A DNA stretch of 63,005 bases, filler included, from Rhabdomonas costata (Eukaryota): the NCBI GenBank assembly GCA_019059605.1. It is 22 parts of 22 records of this genome, joined end to end, with 100 filler letters (N's around TTAATTAATTAA, not from the genome) between each part and the next. Parts side by side here need not be neighbours in the genome. Positions count along the whole stretch, not along the records: positions 48,805 to 51,565 come from JAHMHO010002120.1; positions 51,666 to 54,426 come from JAHMHO010002121.1; positions 54,527 to 57,284 come from JAHMHO010002122.1; positions 57,385 to 60,144 come from JAHMHO010002123.1; positions 60,245 to 63,005 come from JAHMHO010002124.1; 17 more parts are not named here. One strand, 5' to 3'. This document shows positions 51,306 through 63,005 of the stretch, piece by piece. Made by a program: the position numbers and the translations under genes. Each line of letters starts with the position of its first letter. Positions within the stretch are counted from its first letter, which is position 1. Below the pieces are notes generated by a model that was not told where the DNA came from, made no database searches, and was given only the letters and a program-made list of their open reading frames with translations.

Positions 51306-51933
51306 CTGCGAAGGACATAACCACACGCATACCAAACTCGTACACTACGTACAAAAACTCGAACAAACCCATAGGAATCCCAGCCTGTGATAACGGAATA
51401 CATTCACTGCTCTTTCTTTGTTGGAACCCGCCCAAAGCAGTCTGCAGTACTCCCTTGATTCCTGATTCCCAGCACGCAGGAAGTCGAAGAAACGTGTGGC
51501 TCAAACCGAGAAGCCCGGGAGGTTACGGGAACCTTTCATTGTGTCGACTTCTGCCCCCCAACCCCNNNNNNNNNNNNNNNNNNNNNNNNNNNNNNNNNNN
51601 NNNNNNNNNTTAATTAATTAANNNNNNNNNNNNNNNNNNNNNNNNNNNNNNNNNNNNNNNNNNNNAATTAACGAACACCAGGTGTGAACAAGGAGAGAAC
51701 AACTTGCGAATCCGGTTTTTTGGGCTGTCACCCTTCGCGCGAAAGGGGAAAAGGTGAATGTTAAGGTTAAAGTTCAGTTTGGCGAACTAATTTGGTTTGG
51801 CTTCACGGTGGTTGGGCCATAGTCAGAAGAAAGGAAAGTGAAGGTAAGGGGACGTGCAGAAGTGCGCTTCCCAAACTGAAGTCTGTCAAAGGCGAACAGC
51901 AGCGGTAGGAGGTGCGAGGAGGAGCACGCCGAC

Positions 51934-54306
51934 CTCCTTGGACATGTTCTCCACGACCTGCCAAAACCACATAATGACTGCGCTGGACTTCGAGTACCCC
52001 ACGTACTCCGTGTTGGCCTTCATGTCTTCAATGTCGATGTCCGGGAGACCGCTGATCAGAAGCTCCAGCTGAATTAAATGGCGTAAAACAAGTGGCACAG
52101 ATAGTTGCCTCACCTCCGAAGAAAAGGGTTCCGATGCTTCTTTCCTAAGCGCTCCTGGTGCACTCAACAAGCGCCCAAAAGGAAAGGTCCGCATAACCTT
52201 CACCAAACCTAAACATTCCGGGGAGTCTACGCATGGCCATCCCATTGGGCGTCGCCGCAACTACACTCACGACGCACTTGCTTACGCACTTACACCGAGG
52301 AACAAGACGCAGGGAAGGGGAAAGACCTCTTGCTCATTGAAAATCGAGATGAGCTTCTTGGGAATGATCTCATAGAAGCCCCCAAGGAAGGCTTGGATCT
52401 GCTCCTTGATATCCGTAGTCATCTTGAACTGGGTGATGAGCTTCACGTACTCCGCCTTGTTGGCATTGGTGACGGAAATACTGCGGCCGCCAGGTTTCAA
52501 GTCAACAACCTGGTTTTGCCCCAGCTGGTTGATCTCCACACTGGATGAGACAGAAACGTTCACCAGCACAAAAACAACAGTTGCTAGCAGTGAAAGGCTG
52601 GATGGGAAGGGCGGCATGCAAGAGATCATTCATGATCACAAAAGCAATGACTCAGCCCGTCCATTTCCAACCCAAATTCCTAAGGATAGGCTTGATCGCC
52701 CTCAAACCACCTATGAGACATGTCCCGAACATCACACAGCCCTCGGTGATAGCATCGCTCCTCCTCCCGCAATTGTCGACCAATGCTGAGCAAACCAAAC
52801 TGATACAAACAGAGAATGGGAGAGATTCATAGAAAAAGAAAAGTGAGAGCAATATGAGCGGTGAGCGGTGGGGTGGGGCGATGCACAAAATGAAGAGTTC
52901 AGGGGGTTGTGAGAAATCTGGTGACAACAACAAGGCCACCTACGAGACAGCGAACACCAAGTGGACAAACGGCCACCTCACCGGAAGGCAACAATGTTAA
53001 TGATCTGGTGCACATCAAGCGAAACGACTGTCACTTAAAGGGGCACCAAGTGCTTGAGAGAGCTCACCTGAAGGTTAGAGCGAGGTCCTCCCCCATGGCG
53101 TCAATGTCATTGCTGAGCACCCATTGTAGCTGCTTGTAGTAGTCGGGGGAAATGCTCTCGATGTCGTGGAAGGTCGGGGTGTTGCCCAGCATGTGCTTGT
53201 ACAGCGACCGTGTGAAGTGGCAGTCCAGGTGAAGGTCGTTGAAGACCTGTGAGAACATGTTACGAGTGTGCGCTCTGCGCGAAATTTCCTATGCGAAGAG
53301 AGCTAAAAAAAAAAGTGGCGTACCGCCACCCCAATCACCCGGCCGATGAATTTGAAGTAGTTCAAGTGTTCTGCATTAATGCCGGAGAGCCGATTGGGCT
53401 GGTAGGTCATTCCCTCTGCACTGGGAACGAACAGCGCGTAGTTGGGGTTGAACATTTCCTTGGAGAGGACATTGAACCACTCCCGGGTAAGGCCCCCCGC
53501 ATCGACCCCCTCCTCCCTCTTGAAGGTCACCCGCAGCCGGCCTACGAAAGACAGAAAGACAGTAAGGTCAGCCCTGACCATAAAATACATGAACTACATG
53601 CGCCAGTTATGGTGCCAATAGTCCAAGTTTTGAGCAAAAAAGTACACAAAGTACACTAACGTGCGGAAATCAAAAGCCCAAGTGGGTGGGTGGTTCCAGA
53701 GCAACTACAGACTATTGAACGAATGAACCAAAAACACAAAATGAAGAACAACTAGAAGAAGGCATGAAAGCATCACTGAGAGAGAGAGAAGGGGGGATAC
53801 CTTTGAGCTCCTCGGGCTGCCTGTTGTTGAGGTTGAAGTACGAATCCTGAAACACGCTGCTTCTCCGCACCGCAATCCGGCAGGAGCCGTACGGCTGGCT
53901 CTCCTGCTCGCGGCGAATCTGCTCGCGGAACCACATCCGTTTGTTCTCGAAGTCCAGCAGCCGGGGGTGTCGCATCAGCGGGGCCAGGCTCGTGCTCAGC
54001 AGGCTGGGCGTTGCGGCGACCAGCGCGTTGAGCAGCCGGCGGTTCCTCTCAATGAACTGCACCACCACTCCTCCGCCTCCCTCTGCGGCCGGATTGGACC
54101 CCTCAGAGGGCACCCCACCCTCCAAAGGAGCCGGAGAGATCGAACTGCTGCTGCTTGCGGGCTCCTCCCCAAGAGTAAAGCTCTGAGAGGAGCTGAAGCT
54201 GTACGAGGCGGTGGTGGGCAGGCCCCCAGCGGACCCTCGGGCGCCCTCCTCCCCCTCCCGGGCAGAGTGGTACAGGAAGAAGGCCTCGACCAGCGGCAGT
54301 TCGGTC
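51934..54306 (-). CDS. HECT E3 ubiquitin ligase (HUWE1/Tom1/UPL1-like), C-terminal part
   Basis: Exons about 54306-53801, 53541-53324, 53246-53068, 52540-52327 and 52068-51934. They encode [60 protein letters not shown] and [13 protein letters not shown]. Confidence 0.96.
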
Positions 54307-54914
54307 TCTCCGGCTCCTTTGGAGGGTGGGGTGCCCTCTCCCTCTGCGGGGTCCAGTCCGGCCGCAGAGGGAGGCGGAGGAGTGGTGGTGCAGTTCATTG
54401 AGAGGAACCGCCGGCTGCTCAACGCGNNNNNNNNNNNNNNNNNNNNNNNNNNNNNNNNNNNNNNNNNNNNTTAATTAATTAANNNNNNNNNNNNNNNNNN
54501 NNNNNNNNNNNNNNNNNNNNNNNNNNCAATCATGTCGGCCCTCCAAACTTTATTGGTTACCTCTCGTTTGCTCCTTTCTCCTCTCTATCTCTCTCTGCTT
54601 CCAACTTTGCTTGCTTTTGTGCCTGCTGAACTTCGGAAAACGCACGAATATGAGACTTGAAGTTACCAGAAAAAAAAAAACAGGAGACACACAAATCAGG
54701 TGGCTGAGACAAAATAAGGATACGGGTGTCCTCAGTGCTTCATCACGCTTCATCACGCTTCATCAATCAACTACCCACAAAACTCATTTAATAAGAAGTC
54801 AAATGATAAAAAGGTCCCCGTCACCGAAAGAAAATAGAAACACAAGACTTCATTTTTCCACAGCCTCAAAAACAGTGAAGGCGAAACCTAACTAAACCAG
54901 TGTTCCACCGACAA

Positions 54915-55015
54915 TTCAGTTCAGCGAGTTCAGTTCAGTTCAGTTCAGTTCAGTTCAGTTCAGTTCAGTTCAGTTCAGTTCAGTTCAGTTCAGTTCAGTT
55001 CAGTTCAGTTCAGTT
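54915..55015. repeat. (AGTTC)n microsatellite
   Basis: Near-perfect pentamer array of about 100 bp. Confidence 0.97.
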
Positions 55016-57688
55016 TTTTTTGCTGCAGTAAGAGGGGGCACAAGAAGCATGAGTGACGCAACAGCATAAACAAACAAAGGCACAGAAGAGATTACTGTTA
55101 AGTGAGAAGAAAGGGGTAAACTGTGAGTTGAGGGAGGAAGGAGGGAGTCCGAAAAAGCGGTGCCCATATCTCAAGCTTGACCCAAACCCAAAGAACGAGC
55201 AACAGGGAGAGCAACAAAGTTGAACCGAAATTCATTTCAATGCAATGTGCAATGTGCAATGCAAGCCGATACCAACCCTCAATTTTCGCCCGTCGCACCA
55301 GGGAAGGAGGTAGAAACCTTCTCTGTGGAGGCCAAAAACGCAGAAGCCTTTCCTGAAGGTGTGGACCCGACAGCCCCTCTGGCACTTTCGGAGCTTAGTG
55401 GTGCCACGGGAGCCCCTCCAGAGCTGCTTGCTGACACCGGCGCGGCCAGCACGGCGTGTGCCGAAGATGTTGCGAGCCTCGGCTTTGCAGAACCCGCTGT
55501 GGTTCCCTCGAAGGCAGAGCGTGGAGGCCCACTCAGGACGGCGGGCATGGAGGTGGAGCGACCTGCACGAGGCTTGCCCGGGGCAGCCACCCCCCGCGGT
55601 GGCAAACTTGAGGGCCTGCGAAGTGGCCTAAATGAAAAACGAAGGGAACTTGTGAACTTCTATCATTCTAGTTTGTGCCTCTTTGCCGCTAGCTTATTCT
55701 CCTTCCCTATCCCCTTTCCCTTCACTCACTTTTCTCTCCCACTTCAACTCTAACTTCCTTTCTTCTTCTCTTCTCCCTCTCATGTCCACCTTGGGGTTAA
55801 GCCAATGTGCCCACCCCCCCCCCTCGGTAAAGCTTGCTACCAAGTGTTCGATGGCACATGCTACTTTAACGTTGAAGCGTCATTCCATTATTAAAATGGT
55901 GCCTTTGCAAGGGCCCAAAATGTACTTCTCTTCCCCACGCTTCCAGCTACTTTGACGCCAGAGACCATCCAGTGGAGATGACAGGGGACCCTTTGGAGGT
56001 GCAGGTTTTTTTCCGCCTGTGCCCCGTGCCCTGTGCCCTCTGCCGTTCTTCAAGTAAAAAATGAAATGCTGTAGGCCGTCCTATTGTGAATGACAGGATA
56101 GGGAACTGAACGCACTCACATCAGGCAAAAATAAGTTAGGACCGATGGGATTCGTCCACGAGAACCTCGTCGGCATCGTCCTCGTCCTCGACCGGGACAG
56201 CACTTGAGGCACCCAAGGAGCGCTGCAAAACATCCCAGAACCCAAAATGCGGCTATCCAAGTGGAAAAAATGGTAAATTGTTGAGGAAGCCCAAAAGCAC
56301 GACTGGGAACAAAAGAACACAAGCAAAGAAAATGCAGTGACTCTTTTTTCTTCTTTCTTTTGTATAATTATGGGGGGGGGGTACAAAAAGAAATGTGTGA
56401 CAAGTGTCCCTAAGTCAGCCATCCATACCGGAGCAGCTCTTTTCGTGTCAGGCTTCTTGAACTTCCCCATCAAAATGAGCCGCTTCCTCAGCTCCTCCTC
56501 TGCAAGTGACAGGTGATAACCAATCTCAGCAGATCCTTTCAGTCTGAGACGTCGTGGGGCAAATCAAACAAAACATAATATACACCCAGCCCACAGCCCC
56601 CCTGAAATGACAAACCTGAAATGGCAAATATGCAAAAGTGCAAAAATGTCGTTGAAAAACAACGGTCGGCACCCCGTTTGTGGTGGTTTGTCCTTTATTC
56701 GTGACGTAAGCAGTTAAAAAAAAACTGAACAACTGATTCGATTCGAAAGTGGGTCTATCTGTTGAACTGTGGACTGGAGAAATTGGAAGCCCGAAAGCGA
56801 AAGGTATTTCAGCCACCAACGACAACTCCGATCGACGATACCAATCTGTTTGCTCTTGGTATCGCAAAATATTTGACAACGTGCAGATGATACCACGAAC
56901 GGCAGCATCACCAGAGGAAGCGGGCGGCCTCGATCCTGAGACCAGTGTGGAGGAGGAGGTTTCCCCGTGTCCACGACCCCGTCTGACAAAGCTGCTCGCA
57001 TCTGATAGCATAAAAAAAACAGCAAATAATTGACTTCGATCAACGGAATACATCGGCACAAGGACTGGCTGTGGTGAAATGCACTTTTCAGGCGTTCACA
57101 GCACACACCCTTCCCCAAAAATTAAAGGCAACTAACATACTAGCTGGAGAGGCTCAAATGATGTCCTTGGGATTTTGGGTGACATGAAGTCACGAACAAA
57201 GCATACCTTCACCAGGTTTTTCAGGCATCAGGACAGAAAAACCTGGTGAAGGTATGCTTTGTTCGTGACTTCATGTCACCCAAANNNNNNNNNNNNNNNN
57301 NNNNNNNNNNNNNNNNNNNNNNNNNNNNTTAATTAATTAANNNNNNNNNNNNNNNNNNNNNNNNNNNNNNNNNNNNNNNNNNNNTTTTTTGGCTTTAGGT
57401 GAAGGACCTGCCTGACCTGCGAGCCGAGGAGCGCTGGCGAAACGTTCGCTTCACCTTTCCTAACCAACGGGGACGTTCCGCGCTGATCCGGAAGAATCAC
57501 ACCTCAACTATCTGGATTGATAGTTGAGCAGCCTCCTGTAGTCAGCGCTGAACTGTCTGCCTCTGTTGCTTCCATTTTCTTTCATCTTTTCCTTCTCGCA
57601 CAGATCTTTCTTTTTGACCCATTTGCTGATCTCTTTGGTGTGGTTTCGGTAGTGGTGATTGTGGGTCTGTTTTGGGTTCGAAACCACG

Positions 57689-59933
57689 ATGGATGAGCTT
57701 GGGGGTAGGGCGCTGCGGCTGGAGCTGGAGAACTTCAAGAGCTATCGCGGCAAGGTCGTGGTGGGGCCCTTCAAGCGGTTCAGCTGCATCATCGGTCCCA
57801 ACGGCTCCGGTCTTTGTCCGTGCGTTCTCTTTTTTCTTTGTCTTCCCCTCTCTGCGTGTCTCTTTCGACTCATTCAGACCCGACGTTCGTTGCTTTTTGC
57901 CGATAAATGCACTGGGGATTACTGAAGATGATCACTTATGGTTATGCTCAGCTGGTCATTTCATGTTCTTGGCTTGGGTCTGGCTTGAGACTGGCTCTCA
58001 GGAGGACAGCCAGAGAGCGGTCTCCCCGAAGGGGAAGGTACTAAGGTTTTGTGGTGCTTGACTTGGGATATGTTTGAGGTTCAGATAATTGAAAGAAGTG
58101 GAGAGAATGTTAACCGGTCTAACGTTGTAACTAGTTAACCCTAAGTTACTTGCCTGCCGCCCCCCTCCCCCCATTTGGACCCCTTATCACACCTGTGCGC
58201 ACATGTGTGCCGCAATCCGTGGTCACTCGTGAGACCAAATTTCCCCCACACACCTTTTACCGGAAGTTCGGTAAGGCGATTGAGAGACACTATTGACGTG
58301 AAATTGGGTTGAACTCTGCACCCCACTCCCCGCCGCGAGAGGCTATCCAATCTGAAGGGAGAAGGGGGAAGGTGCACTATTCGCCCAACGACTCAGCGGC
58401 TTTGTCTGGACTCCCCCCCCCCCATACAAAAGGGAAGAGCAACATGATGGACGCGATGAGCTTCGTGCTTGGGGTGCGGGCGGCCCACCTGCGGGGCCAC
58501 ACCCTAAAGGACCTCATCTACAGCGTCGAGGGCGAGCCCGCGCCTCGCTCGGCCTCCGTGGCGCTCTACTTCGAGCCCTCTCCGGGCAGCGCGGAGAGGG
58601 TCTTCCAGAGGACCGTCCGAGCCGACGGTACGGAGTAGTGTTGTAGTGTTGTTGCTCGTTCGGTGTAAGTAAATGGTTTGACATGGCAGCCCACCGGTTG
58701 TGACAGGTGGTTTCTTGAAGCCCAAACAGCTCCGAACGTGGTGGACCCCCGAGCCGATTTTACGAGGTGAGCCAAGCCACAAATGACCACACTTGCAGCC
58801 TCTCACAACAAACGCAGCAATTCACATTCAAGTTCGTCTTTGCTTTTCCATTAAAGTGGCTTTGTTCTGATCTCTCTCTCCGCTCTTATTCGCCTTGAAC
58901 TGACGGTATATCTGCAGGCATATCGGCGTTGTACGCTGGGTTGGTTGACTTTGCCCATGGATTTGGACTCATTGTCGCTGTTGCCTTTGCGACCGCCGTA
59001 ATTGCTGCCGTTACGTGTTCTTATAGTCCTACCTCTTTGATGTGTGTGTGTGTGTGTTTCGTTAGGGGCGACGGAGTATCGCATCGACGGCGCCGTGAAA
59101 ACCTGGGAGCAGTACGACGAGGTCCTGCGGGGGATCCACATCCTCACCAAGGCCAGGAACTTCCTGGTCTTCCAGGTTTGCGTGTGGGCTCGCGGTGAGG
59201 ACACGGAACGTGGAACCAGGGCACCACCACCTCTCCGTAGGGCAAAGGCAGGCAACTCCAAGACGCAAGAATAGGAAGCACAGCAGCCACCTGGAGAACG
59301 GGGAGGTAATGTACCTCTCAGACAGAGGGGCTGTTGCATTGCCCCAGGAAGAGCCCCAGCCTGCCACTTGCAGCACAAGCCTCCCCAAAGGATACCCGCA
59401 CCTCGATCTTGATGAAGCGGTTCCACGCCTACACCAATCTCAGGAAGCATGGAAGCATCGAGAGCATCGCCAAACCTTTGGCTGGTTATCACAGAACGAC
59501 TTGACCCTGAGTCAAAACAGTTTGCCGGCTCATCGCACGCAGCACGCCAGAATGACAGGCCATGCTGAGCACGGGCACCCTTTGCTGGTGGTGTTTTCAT
59601 AGGGCTGCAAAGGAGGATAAGAATGCGTGGAGGTCCCTCTCCCATCATCCCACCCACCCCACTTTGTACAACACGACGGCCGCGGTGATAAACCATATCG
59701 CCGGTTCCATGAGACAAACTCAGGCGTTGGCTGCACTCCTCTGTTTTATGGTCATGCAAAGGAGAAGCTACCCCCTCTTTTTTCACTTCTGCGCTTCTGC
59801 ACTTCTGCCCCAGCCGTCCAGTCCGCACCGTGCTAGTGCAGACCCCTCTGCTGCCTTCCATTGCCTTTCTCAGGGCGACGTCGAGAACATTGCACAGAAG
59901 CCGCCGAAGGACCTCACCGCTCTCCTGGAACTG
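57689..59933 (+). CDS. SMC1: Cohesin subunit SMC1, N-terminal head, partial
   Basis: Exons 57689-57809, 58433-58627, 59066-59175 and 59874 to about 59933. They give [71 protein letters not shown]. Confidence 0.95.
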
Positions 59934-60294
59934 GTCTGCGGGAATGACGATGGCGGGACTGGGGATACACACCCAGGGATTGCCACCAGTTGGGTTTGTA
60001 AATATGGTTAGCCGATCTGGTGAAGGGCTTTGCTGCCAACAATGGCTGCGAGAAAGTGTCCACTGGACCAGTTTGCAGTTGGGAGTGGGGAATGGGGAGT
60101 GGACTTTCTCGCAGCCATTGTTGGCAGCAAAGCCCTTCACCCAANNNNNNNNNNNNNNNNNNNNNNNNNNNNNNNNNNNNNNNNNNNNTTAATTAATTAA
60201 NNNNNNNNNNNNNNNNNNNNNNNNNNNNNNNNNNNNNNNNNNNNTGTTTTGGGTATGTGTTTGTTTGTTTATTTGCTTGTGTATATGCAGGACC

Positions 60295-62980
60295 CGGCAG
60301 ACTCGGGTGAAGGCCACCGTGAACAGCCCGTGCAGAAGCACCGCCACTCGGTCCGCAGGGTCCTGCATATACACAAGCAAATAAACAAACAAACACATAC
60401 GCAAAAAGTAATTTACAAACATCCGTCGAGCCGTCCACGATCAAGTCCAGGGGAATCAATCTCCTCTTGATGGAGCACAAGCCCGCAGGTACAAACCAAA
60501 ATGAACTTTTGGTGTGTGCCCAAATCAAAAAGGCAGTGGTGGTGGTGGACGGTGGACGGTGGGCACCTTGACGTCTTTCAGGCTGGCCGTGTCCCGCAGC
60601 ACGGTGCCCAGGATGTTCAGGAAGAAGGGCAGGCTGAACTGGTACATTGGATGCAACTCCGGTAGCTGCACCAGGGTGAAGTACACCCGGCTGCACGCCA
60701 CTGCAATCGGGGTGTACAGCGCACTCACCGCGGCAATCGTGCGCATGGTGACCTGCGAGACAGAAATGAAACCCAAAGACTCTTTTCACAGGAACTTGTG
60801 TGTATGTCTTTGAAGATCCCAAGTTCTCTCCGCCAAGAGAGAGGATCCTGGGTTACCAACGGGACTACATCACACGGCAGTGCATACCATCGCTGCCGAC
60901 AGTAATTATGAGCCCCCAGAATATTCGTCATCCATCAGCCGAAGCTCTGATCGGGAAGAGCAAGTCCTCCCCTCTCCCACGAAAACGAACACCACACCTC
61001 CATGTTTTCAATCTTCTGCTGAATCTCGTGGGATTCTGTCTTCAGGGTTTCCAGGGTGGAGATCAGCGCGTCGTTTTCCAGCAGGTTGCCTTGCGCGTCA
61101 GAAATGGCCTGCAGATCAATTCCCCACATCCTCCCTCCATACGACCACATTTTGTCCCATCCTTCTGTTAACGGTCAACCTAAAAATGGAATGGCACCAT
61201 AAACAATGTGGTAAATAATCACTGATATATTCTATCTATCACGTTCCCCCACCCCTATCAGCAGCGAAATGCATTCAAGCAAAAAGGTCGCTTCCACACT
61301 GCGCTGTTAGAAGGATTACATGTGGAACACCTCTGACAATGTTCAAGGGCAGCGTGACAGCAGGTGCCGCCCAACACCCTGACAAGAACATATCACCTGG
61401 AACATCATGAAATCGCGATGCTCAATGCACTCTTCAGGTACAACTGGCACTAAAAAAGCTGCCCTCTCCTGACAATGAAAGATAAACATGGGAAGAGGTT
61501 AGGGGGGACGGGGGGACGGGTTCACTTTCAGCAAGCTCTGCTCCAGGATCCTCAGCTTCATCTGGAACTCCCCCTGGAGCTTCAGCATGTCCGAGCGGTC
61601 GCGCTCGACGTCCGGGCGTTCGGCCAAAAGGATGTGGTGCAGACACTGCGACTGCAGGCTGCCCGGGGTCACCGTGAAGTTCACCATCGTGACGCGCCCG
61701 CACAGGTCAGGGGCAAACGCGAAGGTGGAGTCCCGGGTCGACAGAAAGAGGTCGAAGCTGGGCGAGATGTCGATATCCTGACACCACCGCACCCCAAAAA
61801 AAGGAAAAACTGCAACGGCAAAATTTCTATTGTCGCGAATAAAAATATAAACACGTCAAATCACGGTTTGCAGAATGAAAGGTTGTTTCTGATCATTGCT
61901 TTCCCAACCTTGGACCTGCTTTGCCAGCACGGCTCCGGTGCACCAAGGAGGGAAAGCTCCTTAAATATACGTGACAGGAAAACTGAGAAGTGAGATTCGG
62001 CAAAGTGTTGTTGACGAGAGAGGAAAAACTTGAATGCTTTCGGCAAGTCCTAATCTGAGAACTCAAGACGCAGGCTCCTGGAAAAAAGAGACTTCGCAAT
62101 TGGATAAGCGGAGGAAGTGGTTGGGCACGCACAGTGGGGAGGGGTGAGGGTGCACCTGGTCTCCCAGGCGGATCAGGTGGCGGCCGCCCGTGCGGTGGAT
62201 CTCCTTGTTCAGGATTGGGTTGATGATCGGGTCCAGAGCCTCGACGTCCTGCACCAGCAGTGGGCACCCGAAACGCAGCGCCCCCTCCAGCACCTTCATG
62301 AACGCGGGGTCCAGGAAGGAGGTCTTCGAGATCTTCCGCGACTTGTGCTAAATGGGCAGAAGAGGGAGAGGGAGAGGAATGAAGCGTGCTTTGACTATCT
62401 AAGCCACCTTTCTACTCTTTAGAGCGGGGTTCGGCATCATTCAGGTTCCCATAGGTGGTGGTGATGGTGCTTAGCGCCGATCTGAGAGATATCAATCCGT
62501 GCCTTCTTGCTCGCACATCGATGCTTTTTTCATTCACGATTCGCGAGAGTTGGAATGGCTCGCAACCTGGCAGTCACTACCCAGCAAAAAAAAGCTCCCC
62601 TGCTCTCAATATTTAGTCGGACACGAAACAAACTGAAGCACATCTGCCTCTGGATTCCTGGATAGCCCAAAGCAGTCACACGTACATGCAAAGGCACACC
62701 TGACTCATCAGGAAGGCCGTGGCCTGCCCCGTGGGGTCGACCAGCAGAGGGTACCTCCGGAACCGGTGCAGGATAATCGCGTTCTGCACGCACAGCTCGT
62801 CGCTGGGAAGCCGGTGCGCGGCCCAGTCCAGGCGGGTGTCCGGCCGGGAGAGGTACTCCACCACGCTGAGGCCCGGCCTCACCGCGACATGGTGCTCGTC
62901 CAAGGCGTCCAAAAAAGCCGGTAGCAGGACACGGGTGCGGAAGAACTCGTCGAAGTACCCGATGTACGCCAGGAAAGCCC
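60295..62980 (-). CDS. DYNC1H1: Cytoplasmic dynein-1 heavy chain, AAA5 region, partial
   Basis: Exons 62980-62700, 62347-62156, 61777-61526, 61108-60998, 60752-60567 and 60362 to about 60295. They encode [58 protein letters not shown] and [11 protein letters not shown]. Confidence 0.96.
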
Positions 62981-63005
62981 CTGCAAACAATCACAACCCA
63001 ACACA

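Noticed and set aside
57174-57284. Perfect hairpin as a terminator, ncRNA or hairpin telomere
   Set aside because: It ends exactly at a contig end like the other fold-backs, so an amplification artefact is more parsimonious.
58851-60140. Longest six-frame ORF (429 aa) and similar long ORFs such as 15363..16469 and 1868..2743
   Set aside because: They are antisense to, or read through the introns of, real spliced genes and show no coherent domain of their own.
5897-62980. Euglenid/diplonemid-type non-canonical introns (neither GT nor GC donors)
   Set aside because: Every junction I could anchor on a conserved protein resolved as GT-AG or GC-AG. Such introns cannot be excluded in the unidentified genes.

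Overview
This is not one continuous locus. It is 22 unrelated contigs of about 2.76 kb joined by 100-bp artificial linkers (N44-TTAATTAATTAA-N44). The DNA comes from an intron-rich, flagellated eukaryote, tentatively a euglenozoan (diplonemid- or euglenid-like). It shows signs of whole-genome amplification: G/T-only contig starts, A/C-only contig ends and fold-back inverted repeats at contig termini. The six-frame ORF track is mostly uninformative because the genes are split into short exons. Splicing by hand recovers partial genes for a dCache-TM-HAMP receptor, sterol 3-beta-glucosyltransferase, a type I PRTase, a RIB43A-like protein, a TraB-domain protein, a SAM-domain protein, an axonemal outer-arm dynein heavy chain, an SmD3-like protein, a Ser/Thr kinase, a degenerate class III nucleotidyl cyclase, a HUWE1/Tom1-type HECT ligase, SMC1 and cytoplasmic dynein-1 heavy chain. 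There are also decayed RLE-type non-LTR retrotransposon pieces and a MITE-like element. The most notable leads are: (i) two compositionally alien islands, each flanked by a C/A-rich tract, with short cob/nad-like peptide hints that might be fragmented diplonemid-style mitochondrial gene modules (speculative); (ii) very relaxed 5' splice sites, including two non-consensus GC-AG introns, alongside an SmD3 paralog-like protein with a basic, RG-free tail; (iii) a bacterial-style sensor receptor and a cyclase missing half its catalytic residues. All family assignments are by eye; no searches were run.
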